A stretch of DNA of 23,513 nt from Armatimonadia bacterium. Its GTDB lineage: Bacteria > Armatimonadota > Zipacnadia > Zipacnadales > UBA11051. The notes below the pieces were generated by a model. It was not told where the DNA came from, did no database searches, and worked only from the letters and a program-made list of their open reading frames with translations. Made by a program: the position numbers and the translations under genes. The stretch lies in contig JBDKRC010000210.1 in NCBI GenBank assembly GCA_039683575.1, positions 1 through 23,513 on the forward strand, read 5' to 3'. Shown here one piece after another: positions 15,347-23,513 of the stretch (positions are counted from its first letter, which is position 1; each line of letters starts with the position of its first letter).

Positions 15347-18019
15347 ATGTTTACCCTAAGCCGTGTGTCTCTGGTCTGCTTACTACTCAGCGCGTGCTGC
15401 CTGTGCCCGGTATGGTCGCAGCCGCCGCAGCCACCGCCGCCTGCTGGGCCGGCCGTGCCTGTCGTGGCGCCCACGCCGGTCATGCCGGTACTGCCTGCTG
15501 AGAACCCGATGCTGCCGGAGTCCCCGGAGATGGCGAAGGCGCCTCAGGCCATGTACGAGGCCCTGCCACGCTTCGGCGCCTCGCTATTCGCCACAATCAC
15601 CCCTGCGGGCCCCGCGGGCGCCGGCAAGCAGCAAGTGAAGCCGACGGAAGGCCAGCCGGCGGGTAATCTGCCCGTGCCGCCCAACTACCTGCTGGGGCCT
15701 GGCGACACCCTGGCCCTCAGCGTCTGGTCGCGAGACTTTGAGCAGGTTAAGCAGACTCTGACCGTAAGCCCCGAGGGCTTTGTCGTCCTGCCGCAGGTGG
15801 GCAGAGTGACCGCCGCCGGGCAGACGCTGGAGCAGCTTCGCCAAGGATTGACGCAATCATATGCGCGGCTCTTTGTGGACCCGGCGGTGACGCTCGTGGT
15901 CTCGGAGCAGCGGACGGTTGAAGTCTACGTGACCGGCGATGCGGTGCGGCCGGGCAAGTATGCCCTGTCCGGCATGGCGACGGTGCTTACAGCGCTGTAT
16001 GCCGCTGGCGGGCCGTCAGACATCGGCTCCTTCCGCACCATCCGCCTCAATCGGGTCGGACAAAAGCCCGTGGAGATTGACCTCTATGACTATCTGCTGA
16101 CGGGCCGGCGGGACAGCGACATCGTCCTCGCACCCGGCGACAGCATCTTCGTCCCGCCGGTGGCGGGCGAGGTCGGACTGACCGGTGAGCTTCGGCGGCC
16201 GGCGCGGTATGAACTCAAGCCCGGCATGACTGTGGCGCAGGCTCTGGAACTGGCTGGCGGGCTCAAGCCCAGCGGCTATGCCCCCACGCTGCACCTGTGG
16301 CGGGCCGACAAGCAGGCCAAGTGGGCGCTCAGCATGCTCGACGCGGCTGATCCCCAGAGCGCGGACCTCAAGCAGGTTGTCCGCGACGGCGACCTGATCA
16401 TCGTGAAGCGCATCCTGCCGACGGGGCAGAACACCGTCGAGCTCATGGGCGCGGTGAAGCGGCCTGGCTATTACCCGGTAGTTGAGGGCGTGACGGTGTC
16501 CAGCCTGCTGCGCAGCGCCGAGGGCCTGCGGTGGGATGCTCACATGGGCACCGGCGTCGTGCGGCGCATGGACTATGACCGCCACTACCAGATCATCACC
16601 TTCAATGTCTCCGAGCAGATGTACGGCAAGAACCCGCCGGTGATCCCCTTGGAGCCCAAGGACGAGGTGGAGGTCTTCGTGCAGTCGGCTGTGGAGCCGG
16701 CGCAGGAAGTGCGGGTCGAGGGCGCTGTGGCCAACCCCGGGACCTACCCCTATGCCGGGCAGATGCGGATCAGCCACCTGATCCTGCAGGCCGGGAGCCT
16801 GCTGCCCGAGGCGTACGTGGACCGCGCCGAACTCCTGCGGCTGACGCCCGATCAGAAATACGAGATCATCCCCGTGAACCTGAAGGCTGCTCTGCTCGGG
16901 GGAACGGCGGACGTGCTGGTGCAGCGTGGCGACATCCTGAAGGTCAGCAAGCTCAGCGAGGCTCTGGCGCCGCAGGAAGTGCAGATTGCAGGCTTCGTAC
17001 GCAATCCCGGCAACTACACCCGGCGCGAAGGCATGAAGGTCAGCGACCTGATCTTCGCGGCGGGCGGACTCAAGCCCGGAGCCGGGCCGAAGGTAGAAGT
17101 AATCCCCGGACACTTCGAGGGGACGCCCAAGCCGGTGGCGTTGACGCTGCAGGGAGGCGAAGACAAGTTCACGCTGGAGCCGGACATGCTGGTGCAGGTC
17201 GGCGACAGCGTCACGGTGGACGGGCGGGGCGAGTTCAAAGAACGGGCGGACCTGGCAGTTCTGGCAGGCCGCGTCGCGCAGCCGGGGAGCTACGCCATCA
17301 AGCGCGCCGGTCAGCAAGGTTACACCGTATATGACATGATCCGCGACGGCGGCGGTGTATTGGCAGATGCGAACCCCAATGGCATCGTGGTATACCGGCG
17401 GCGTGACGCCTCCATTGGTCAGGCGCAGAATGAGGATCTGACGAAGATCCTGCAATCGGTGAACCGCGAGACCGCGCAGCAGAAGCCGCTGCAGGTTGAC
17501 CAGCAGGCCCAGGCGATGAGCGCGAGCGTAGCTTCCGGCCTGACCGCCCTTGTCAGCCCCAGTGCGACCAGTATAGTCCTGCCTCCGCGTGCGGTAACGC
17601 CCGAGGACTATGTGATGGCTATCCCGATCTCGGGTAACAAGCTCCTGGCAAGCGAAGGCAAGGAAGGCAACCTCGAGTTGGAGCCCGGCGACAATGTCGT
17701 AGTACCGCGGCGGGTCAATACGGTGACAGTGCTCGGAGCCGTGCCGCGGTCGGGCGCGGTGCCGTATGTGGGCGGGGAGCGCGCGCGGCTCTACATCACC
17801 GAGGCCGGTGGCTATCGTGAGGATGCGGCCTCGGAGCGCATGGTTGTCGTCCATCAAAACGGTTCGGCAGCGCCTATCAAACTCTCGGCAGAGATCGAGC
17901 CCGGCGATATCATCGTAGTGCCCACCAAGCACATCGTGCGGACGGTGCGGACCGAGAGCGCCTGGCAGCAGTGGATGCGCGGGATAGTGGGGCTGATCAC
18001 GGCGGCGCTGGTCTTCTAA
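15347..18019 (+). CDS. Polysaccharide export (OPX; Wza/KpsD-like) protein with seven SLBB repeats
   Basis: PES motif YLLGPGDTL...VSPEGFVVLPQVGRV; seven repeats of the VxGxVxxPGxY type; N-terminal signal containing LSAC; C-terminal amphipathic helix WQQWMRGIVGLITAALVF. Confidence 0.92.
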   Translation: MFTLSRVSLVCLLLSACCLCPVWSQPPQPPPPAGPAVPVVAPTPVMPVLPAENPMLPESPEMAKAPQAMYEALPRFGASLFATITPAGPAGAGKQQVKPTEGQPAGNLPVPPNYLLGPGDTLALSVWSRDFEQVKQTLTVSPEGFVVLPQVGRVTAAGQTLEQLRQGLTQSYARLFVDPAVTLVVSEQRTVEVYVTGDAVRPGKYALSGMATVLTALYAAGGPSDIGSFRTIRLNRVGQKPVEIDLYDYLLTGRRDSDIVLAPGDSIFVPPVAGEVGLTGELRRPARYELKPGMTVAQALELAGGLKPSGYAPTLHLWRADKQAKWALSMLDAADPQSADLKQVVRDGDLIIVKRILPTGQNTVELMGAVKRPGYYPVVEGVTVSSLLRSAEGLRWDAHMGTGVVRRMDYDRHYQIITFNVSEQMYGKNPPVIPLEPKDEVEVFVQSAVEPAQEVRVEGAVANPGTYPYAGQMRISHLILQAGSLLPEAYVDRAELLRLTPDQKYEIIPVNLKAALLGGTADVLVQRGDILKVSKLSEALAPQEVQIAGFVRNPGNYTRREGMKVSDLIFAAGGLKPGAGPKVEVIPGHFEGTPKPVALTLQGGEDKFTLEPDMLVQVGDSVTVDGRGEFKERADLAVLAGRVAQPGSYAIKRAGQQGYTVYDMIRDGGGVLADANPNGIVVYRRRDASIGQAQNEDLTKILQSVNRETAQQKPLQVDQQAQAMSASVASGLTALVSPSATSIVLPPRAVTPEDYVMAIPISGNKLLASEGKEGNLELEPGDNVVVPRRVNTVTVLGAVPRSGAVPYVGGERARLYITEAGGYREDAASERMVVVHQNGSAAPIKLSAEIEPGDIIVVPTKHIVRTVRTESAWQQWMRGIVGLITAALVF

Positions 18020-18030
18020 TAGATCGAGCC

Positions 18031-18070
18031 TTACAGGATGTACGGGATAGCGGCTGGATGGGCAGGATTT
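18031..18070 (-). repeat. ATCC periodic repeat, copy C (reverse orientation)
   Basis: Minus strand AAATCCTGCCCATCCAGCCGCTATCCCGTACATCCTGTAA resembles 8294-8334. Confidence 0.65.
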
Positions 18071-18130
18071 GGGTGAGGGCTGGCGAGACGCACGAATGGA
18101 ACTTTGTAACCCCTCAAGGGGGCTTTTGCT

Positions 18131-19528
18131 GTGGCTTGGGCAACACGTAGTAAAACCTTTCGCGTATTCACCTGGTGGGGTGTCCTGATCCTGAGTGTGG
18201 CGATCTCGCTGCTCGTCGGGCTCTTCATCGCGCTCTTTTGGCCGAGCGTCTTCACCGGCACCAGTTCGTTCTTCGTCAGCGACCCGGCCGCACTGCTGGG
18301 CACGATGATCCAGCAGTCTGCGGCGCAGACCGGGCTGCCGGAGGCGGGCAGTCTCAAGCCCACGCCGGAGCGCCTGTCGGCGATTCTGTCCAGCCGGTTG
18401 ATACGGTCCAAGCTTGTGCAGAAACACAAACTGGATCAGCGCCTGGGCATGACCTCAGTCGAAGCTGAAGAGGCGCTGGCTCGGATGACCAAAATCAACC
18501 AGATCGGCACCGAGGGGTTCAGCATCGCCGTCACCTGCAAGGGCTATACTCCCCTTCGCGTGGCGATCAGCCATACGCTCAGGCGCGAGCAGGCGCGGCA
18601 GCTCTGCGCCGCGCTGGCCAATGATTTCCTCTCGGAACTGCAGAATTACGTAACGACTACCTCCGTCAGCGAGGCCCAAAAGAAGCGCCAGTTCATAGAG
18701 CAGGCCCAGCAGCAGGTGCAGCAGCAGCTGGCGCAGGCGCAGACGGGCATCTCGCGGCTGCAGCTCTCCAACGAGCTGGTCGAGCCAGCGGACAAAAGCG
18801 CGCTCGTGAATGACAGGATCAAGTCGCTATATCAGGCTTCGGCAGACGCCTCGGCCCAGACCGACCAGACCGCAAGCTCGCTGAGGAAAGCGCAGGGGCA
18901 ACTCGGCCACGTGGACAGCATGCGCATCGCCAGCATCGTCGAGATGCGCAACCCGATCATCAGCCAACTCGAGCAGAAACTTGCTGACCTGCGGGTGGAA
19001 TTGGCCACGCAGGAGGCGCAGGGCAAGACCCGGCAGAACCGGGACGTCGTGCAGATCCTCAGCGCGATCACGTCCACGGAGAGCCAACTGGTCCAGATCA
19101 AACAGGACGTCCACAAGGAAGTGGCTCGCTCGTCTAATCCAACCTTTGAGAAGCTCTCGGGCCAGGTAGTGGACTTGCAGGTGAATCTGGCCGGGGCCAA
19201 GGCGCGGGCGAGCAGGACCAAGCAGCTACTGAGACAGGCGCGGGCCGATCTGGCGGAGTTGCCGCCGGTAGTCCGGGAGTACGCGGCGCTCAAACAGGAC
19301 CAGGACGTGCAGTTTGCGGCCTTGGCGGCGTTGAAGCAGTCGCTGGCCGTGGCGCGGGTGCAAGAGCAGCAGAGCAAGCGGGCGGGTGAGTTCCTGGTGC
19401 TGGACGAGGCTGTAGCTCCCGCAGACCTGTTCAAGCCGCCTGTCTGGCTCGGCATGGCATTGGCCTTTGGGGTGATGCTCTGCATCATGGGGCTGATTTC
19501 ACTCAATCGAATGATTTTCGGAGTATAG
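18131..19528 (+). CDS. Polysaccharide co-polymerase (Wzz/GumC/Wzc-N-like) without kinase domain
   Basis: N- and C-terminal TM helices, ILSSR motif, long Q/L-rich coiled coil and VLDEAVAP...KP before TM2; GTG start is uncertain. Confidence 0.85.
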   Translation: MAWATRSKTFRVFTWWGVLILSVAISLLVGLFIALFWPSVFTGTSSFFVSDPAALLGTMIQQSAAQTGLPEAGSLKPTPERLSAILSSRLIRSKLVQKHKLDQRLGMTSVEAEEALARMTKINQIGTEGFSIAVTCKGYTPLRVAISHTLRREQARQLCAALANDFLSELQNYVTTTSVSEAQKKRQFIEQAQQQVQQQLAQAQTGISRLQLSNELVEPADKSALVNDRIKSLYQASADASAQTDQTASSLRKAQGQLGHVDSMRIASIVEMRNPIISQLEQKLADLRVELATQEAQGKTRQNRDVVQILSAITSTESQLVQIKQDVHKEVARSSNPTFEKLSGQVVDLQVNLAGAKARASRTKQLLRQARADLAELPPVVREYAALKQDQDVQFAALAALKQSLAVARVQEQQSKRAGEFLVLDEAVAPADLFKPPVWLGMALAFGVMLCIMGLISLNRMIFGV

Positions 19529-19529
19529 G

Positions 19530-19562
19530 AAAGACGCCCGGCGTGAAGCCGGGCGTTTTTTT
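19530..19562 (+). terminator. Intrinsic terminator
   Basis: ACGCCCGGC-GTGAA-GCCGGGCGT followed by a T run, immediately after the PCP stop codon. Confidence 0.9.
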
Positions 19563-19665
19563 GTACTCGCAGGGAGGAACCAAGTCCAAAGGGTGTGAAG
19601 GGTAACAGCGAGGCTGGGGGGGCGGTAGCACAATATGAGAGTGCCAAGCAATCTGGAGGGTTGTC

Positions 19666-20751
19666 ATGTTGCGAATTGACGAGCCATTTCACGGGGCCGT
19701 GCTCAACCGGCGGCATGGGAAGCAGGACGAAAGCGGGCTGCGGATCGCTGTGACAGGCGACGCGCCGGGATATGGGAAAGTGACCGTGGATGGAGCGCCG
19801 GCGAAGGTGGTAAATGGCAGGTTCACGGGCGAGACAACCATAACCGAGGCGGAGCAGACCATCGTCGCCCGGTACGAGGGCAGCTACGGTGTGCAGGAGC
19901 ATGCCGTGCGGGTGGTCTGGGACAAGAACTCGCGGCCCCGCTTCCGCTTCTCCATCGATGACAACAGCTTCTGGCTGCGCGACGTGGCGCAGAATGAGTA
20001 TGCCTCCCTGTTCGATTGCTCCTACCTGGGGATACTGCAGAAGCTGAACAAGGACTACGGCGCGAAATTCACGCTGAATATCTACTCCAAGACCGACGAC
20101 AACCCCGCGCATCCGTTTGAGTTGACCCAGTTCCCGGAGAGGTACAAGAGCGAGTTCGCCGACAATGCGAACTGGCTCGTGCTGGCCTTCCATGCCAAGT
20201 CAAACCTGCCCGATCGCCCCTACCAGTATGCACCAGCCGAGAAGCTGCTGGCGGACAAGCACCTGGTCGAAGAGCAGATCGTGCGCATCGCGGGCGAGGC
20301 GACGCTGGCCCAGCCAACGGTAATTCACTGGGGCATGGCCCTGCCCGAAGTGCTGCCGGCGCTGTACAAGGAGGGCGTGCGCGTGCTGTCCGGGTTCTGC
20401 AATCCCGTATCGTACGGATATGACGTGAACTACTGGCTGGACACCGCGCGATCGCAGTGGCTCTACAACAACGAGGCACTCAAGGACTTCACGAGCGGCA
20501 TCGTGTTCTCGCGGATTGACATCGTGTGCAACAACTGCGCGGTGGAAGACGTGGAGCCGACCCTGCAGCCGCTGTATGACAACCCGCGACAGGCCGAGAT
20601 CATGGACCTGTTCACCCACGAGCAGTATTTCTGGCCCTTCTACTCCGCCTATCGGCCCGACCATGCCCAGCGCCTGGACAAGACCATTCGCTTCGTGGTC
20701 GAGAGGGGCTATGAGCCGGTGTTCTTCCATGAGGGGTTTCTGGGGATCTAG
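19666..20751 (+). CDS. Hypothetical protein: N-terminal Ig-like domain plus polysaccharide deacetylase (NodB/CE4)-like barrel
   Basis: GGAGG RBS; beta-rich first ~85 aa; RFSIDD, KFTLNI, LAFHA and DLFTHE resemble NodB motifs. The CDS is secure, the function tentative. Confidence 0.6.
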   Translation: MLRIDEPFHGAVLNRRHGKQDESGLRIAVTGDAPGYGKVTVDGAPAKVVNGRFTGETTITEAEQTIVARYEGSYGVQEHAVRVVWDKNSRPRFRFSIDDNSFWLRDVAQNEYASLFDCSYLGILQKLNKDYGAKFTLNIYSKTDDNPAHPFELTQFPERYKSEFADNANWLVLAFHAKSNLPDRPYQYAPAEKLLADKHLVEEQIVRIAGEATLAQPTVIHWGMALPEVLPALYKEGVRVLSGFCNPVSYGYDVNYWLDTARSQWLYNNEALKDFTSGIVFSRIDIVCNNCAVEDVEPTLQPLYDNPRQAEIMDLFTHEQYFWPFYSAYRPDHAQRLDKTIRFVVERGYEPVFFHEGFLGI

Positions 20752-20755
20752 GCGG

Positions 20756-20869
20756 GCAGGTGGGCTCGCCCCGAACACACGTCGCCCTTCCGCCGCGTAG
20801 GTGGGTTCGTCCCCGAACCCACGCCTCCGGCAGGTGCGTGTGTGGGTGCGAGACGCACCCACCTACGCG
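20756..20869. repeat. GTAG REP cluster including an inverted REP doublet (REPIN-like)
   Basis: GCAGGTGGGCTCGCCCCGAACACAC; GTAG-GTGGGTTCG-TCCC-CGAACCCAC (20797-20822); inverted GTGGGTGCG-AGA-CGCACCCAC-CTAC (20842-20866). Confidence 0.85.
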
Positions 20870-20949
20870 CCGAATGTCAGCGGACACAAAGACGCACCGA
20901 CCAGTTGGCCGGTGCGTCTATCGTAATACCACGGACGTGAGGTGTGCTG

Positions 20950-21876
20950 ATGGTACTGGGCATGATCGGGCTGGGACGCATGGGCGGGAACATGGCGGAG
21001 CGGCTCTTGGGGGCTGGCCACGGGGTAGTGGGGACCAGCAGGACGCACAAGACGGTGGACGAAGCCGTGCAGCGGGGTGTGACGGGCGTTTACTCCATTC
21101 AGGAGCTTGTGGACAAGCTGGAGCGCCCTCGCGCCGTGTGGGTGATGGTCCCCGCCGGAGACCCCACGGATGCCATGCTGCAAACGCTCACGCCGCTGCT
21201 CGACGAGGGTGACATCATCATCGACGGCGGCAATTCGTTCTACAAGGACACCCAACGCCGCTACGCTGCCCTCAAGGCCGAGGGACGCGAGTTCGTGGAC
21301 GTTGGCACCAGCGGCGGCATCTGGGGGCTCGAAGAGGGCTACAGCCTGATGATCGGCGGCGATCCAGAGCCGGTGGAGCGGCTGCGGCCGATCTTCGAGG
21401 CGTTGGCGCCGGCGCCGGACCGGGGTTGGGGGCACATGGGGCCAAGCGGTGCCGGGCATTTCACCAAGATGGTCCATAACGGGATCGAGTACGGCATGAT
21501 GCAGGCCCTGGCCGAGGGTTTCGCGATCATGGAGAAGAGGGCGGACCTGCAGCTAGACCTCCAGCAGATCGCCGAGACGTGGCGCCACGGCAGCGTGGTG
21601 CGCTCGTGGCTGCTCGATCTGATCGCGCTGGGATTGGAGGACAACCCTGCGCTGGACGGCATCGCGCCGTATGTGCAGGACTCCGGTGAGGGGCGCTGGA
21701 CCGTCGCAGAGGCGATCGAGCAGGACGTCGCCGCGCCGGTGATCACGCTGGCGCTTCTGCAGCGCTTGCGCTCGCGCGATGAGCGGGGTTTCGCAGACCG
21801 CATGCTGGCGATGATGCGCAACCAGTTCGGGGGGCACCTTGTGAAGAGGGAGGCGGGGCATGAGCCAAGCGTCTGA
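20950..21876 (+). CDS. gnd: 6-phosphogluconate dehydrogenase, decarboxylating, short-chain (YqeC-like) type
   Basis: IGLGRMG, WVMVPAG, IDGGNS, DVGTSGG, GAGHFTKMVHNGIEYGMMQ, DSGEGRW, RNQFGGH; GAGGTG RBS before ATG 20950. Confidence 0.96.
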   Translation: MVLGMIGLGRMGGNMAERLLGAGHGVVGTSRTHKTVDEAVQRGVTGVYSIQELVDKLERPRAVWVMVPAGDPTDAMLQTLTPLLDEGDIIIDGGNSFYKDTQRRYAALKAEGREFVDVGTSGGIWGLEEGYSLMIGGDPEPVERLRPIFEALAPAPDRGWGHMGPSGAGHFTKMVHNGIEYGMMQALAEGFAIMEKRADLQLDLQQIAETWRHGSVVRSWLLDLIALGLEDNPALDGIAPYVQDSGEGRWTVAEAIEQDVAAPVITLALLQRLRSRDERGFADRMLAMMRNQFGGHLVKREAGHEPSV

Positions 21877-23329
21877 CGGTCCGCGCCCGGCGGAGCCGCA
21901 CGTATTCGTCGTGATGGGCGGCAGCGGTGACCTGATGCGGCACAAGCTGCTGCCGGCGCTGTGGCGGCTGGCGGAAGCGGGTTACATGGCTCGGCCCTCG
22001 CAACTCCTCGCGGCGGGCCGGCGCGCCCAATTTGACGATGCCGGCTATAGACAGTGGGCTGCCGACGCGCTGCGCGAGGCAGGCCTTGAGGCCGATAGGT
22101 TCGTAAACTGGTGCGGCGAGTGCGTCCACTATCACAGCGTCGGAGAAGAGACGGCGGAGGATTTCAGAGGACTGGCGCGCCGCCTCGAGGAGCTTGAGAA
22201 AGAGCATGGCCTGCCGGGCAACCGGGTCTTCTACCTCGCCATCCCGCCCGCGAGCCTGCACCGTGTGGTTGAGGGGCTCGGCCAGGCAGGACTGCACCAG
22301 AGCGCTGGCTCGACGCGGCTGATGATCGAGAAGCCGTTCGGGTCCGATCTGAACTCCGCGCGGGAGCTCGATGCCGCAATCAAGCGGTACTACGAGGAAG
22401 AGCAGATCTACCGCATTGACCACTACCTGGGCAAAGAGGCGGTCCAGAACCTCCTGGTATTCCGGTTCGCCAACCCAATCTTCGAAGCGTTGTGGAGGCG
22501 GGAGCAAGTCAGCAGCGTGCAGATAACCGTCGCCGAGACGGCGGGGGCCGAGGGGCGCGCGGGCTACTATGACGGCGCCGGCGTCGTGCGCGACATGATG
22601 CAGAACCATCTCACGCAGCTTCTGGCGCTGACGGCCATGGAGATACCGCCCGCCTTCGAGGCGGATGCGATTCGGGATGAGAAAGCCAAGGTGCTGCGCA
22701 GCGTCAAGCAAATCAGCCCGCGGGACGTGGTGCTGGGCCAGTACGCCGCGGGGGAGATCAACGGAGAGCCGGTTAAGGGCTACGTAGAGGCTGAGGAGAT
22801 CCCAAACGACTCAAGCACGCCGACCTTTGCGGCGCTGGAGCTCCAGATAGATAACTGGCGCTGGCAGGGCGTCCCCTTCTTCCTGCGCACCGGCAAGCGC
22901 CTCGCGGCAAGTGCCCGGCAGATCGTGGTGAACTTCCGCTGCCCGGTGCTGGCATTGTTCGAGCGGTTCGAAGACGCGCCGGTACACGCCAACTCGCTGG
23001 TGATCAACATCGAGCCCGACGAGGGGTTTGAGCTGCTGTTTGATGTGAAGGCACCGGGGGATATGCTCAAGCTGCAGCCGCAGGTCTTCCGGTTCCGCTA
23101 TGACAGTGCCTTCGAGCGGCTACCGGAGGCCTACGAGGCGCTGCTGCTGGACATCCTGCACGGCGACCAGACGCTCTTTGTGCGCATCGACGAGGTGCTG
23201 GAGGCGTGGCGGCTGTTTACGCCGCTTCTGGGCGAGGAGTTGAAGCGGTACCCATACGCGGCTGGCACATGGGGCCCAAAGGAAGCGGAGAGGGTCGCAG
23301 CGCCAACGGGAGCCGCTTGTTTCCTCTGA
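21860..23329 (+). CDS. zwf: Glucose-6-phosphate 1-dehydrogenase
   Basis: GGSGDL, EKPFG, RIDHYLGKE, RDMMQNHL, RWQGVPFFLRTGK; overlaps gnd by 17 nt. Confidence 0.98.
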   Translation: MSQASDGPRPAEPHVFVVMGGSGDLMRHKLLPALWRLAEAGYMARPSQLLAAGRRAQFDDAGYRQWAADALREAGLEADRFVNWCGECVHYHSVGEETAEDFRGLARRLEELEKEHGLPGNRVFYLAIPPASLHRVVEGLGQAGLHQSAGSTRLMIEKPFGSDLNSARELDAAIKRYYEEEQIYRIDHYLGKEAVQNLLVFRFANPIFEALWRREQVSSVQITVAETAGAEGRAGYYDGAGVVRDMMQNHLTQLLALTAMEIPPAFEADAIRDEKAKVLRSVKQISPRDVVLGQYAAGEINGEPVKGYVEAEEIPNDSSTPTFAALELQIDNWRWQGVPFFLRTGKRLAASARQIVVNFRCPVLALFERFEDAPVHANSLVINIEPDEGFELLFDVKAPGDMLKLQPQVFRFRYDSAFERLPEAYEALLLDILHGDQTLFVRIDEVLEAWRLFTPLLGEELKRYPYAAGTWGPKEAERVAAPTGAACFL

Positions 23330-23346
23330 GGGTTGCCCAACGCCAG

Positions 23347-23404
23347 GCGGCCAACCAACGCCCTCCCCTTGTCATGCGGCCAACCCACGCCCTCACCTTG
23401 TCAT
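23347..23404 (+). repeat. 29-bp tandem direct duplication
   Basis: GCGGCCAACCAACGCCCTCCCCTTGTCAT and GCGGCCAACCCACGCCCTCACCTTGTCAT (2 mismatches). Confidence 0.85.
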
Positions 23405-23464
23405 GCTGAACGAAGTGAAGCATCTCCGCCACCGGGGGATGCTTCACTTCGTTCAGCATGACAA
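23398..23464. repeat. TGTC-ended long palindromic element with perfect 27-bp arms
   Basis: TTGTCATGCTGAACGAAGTGAAGCATC-13 nt-GATGCTTCACTTCGTTCAGCATGACAA. Confidence 0.95.
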
Positions 23465-23513
23465 CCTGTGTACGGCCAGCGCCTCTAGTCCTCATAGAAC
23501 CACTCAATCGGCA

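Noticed and set aside
18110-18127. CCCCTCAAGGGGGCTTTT as an attenuator before the PCP gene
   Set aside because: A 4-5 bp stem is too weak to call, and it is adequately explained as the RBS region.
16016-18427. 803-aa ORF on the minus strand
   Set aside because: Antisense shadow of the OPX and PCP genes in high-GC DNA; no recognisable motifs.
19621-19632. GGCGGTAG resembling the RfaH ops element
   Set aside because: It lies downstream of the polysaccharide operon terminator, lacks the nnTG ending and JUMPstart context, and the same 8-mer occurs inside a CDS near 13007.
18832-20193. 453-aa minus-strand ORF and similar long antisense ORFs (5350-6486, 11405-12313, 14092-14970, 21743-22711)
   Set aside because: Each overlaps a well-supported gene on the opposite strand and runs through repeats or terminators or lacks motifs.
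20890-20919. Hairpin AGACGCACCG...CGGTGCGTCT upstream of gnd as an operator or terminator
   Set aside because: No U tract, and it shares AGACGCACC with the adjacent REP, so it is probably a REP derivative.
1490-23464. Repeats as a CRISPR array or integron attC sites
   Set aside because: No regular repeat-spacer period, no cas or intI gene, no RYYYAAC/GTTRRRY ends, and the repeats also flank core housekeeping genes.

Overview
High-GC bacterial chromosomal window, probably from a diderm (exported proteins, an OPX/PCP polysaccharide-export pair); an Armatimonadota-like origin is only an impression. Gene order: a 5'-partial secreted protein on the minus strand (missed by the ORF track), a creatininase-family hydrolase, an exported M16 peptidase pair, an orphan RmlC-like cupin, the conserved dxr-rseP-ispG-proS block, a divergent GH29-like hydrolase, a secreted two-domain beta protein, an RraA/HMG-aldolase, an L,D-transpeptidase, a 7xSLBB OPX protein plus a kinase-less PCP, an Ig+NodB-like protein, and gnd-zwf. 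No transposase, integrase, CRISPR array, tRNA or rRNA is visible. The non-coding DNA is the unusual part: most intergenic gaps hold a member of one of about five repeat families (TGTC-ended long palindromes, GTAG-tagged REPs, GGGGACGGAGCC inverted repeats, ATCC 8-9-mer runs, 7-mer runs). Best leads: (1) the rmlC-like gene sits in a symmetric three-layer repeat cassette; (2) TGTC palindromes carry a covarying plug-in hairpin; (3) RseP appears to have one PDZ nested inside another; (4) the + strand flips from C-rich to G-rich in or near proS regardless of gene orientation. All calls are by eye from motifs; no database searches were run.
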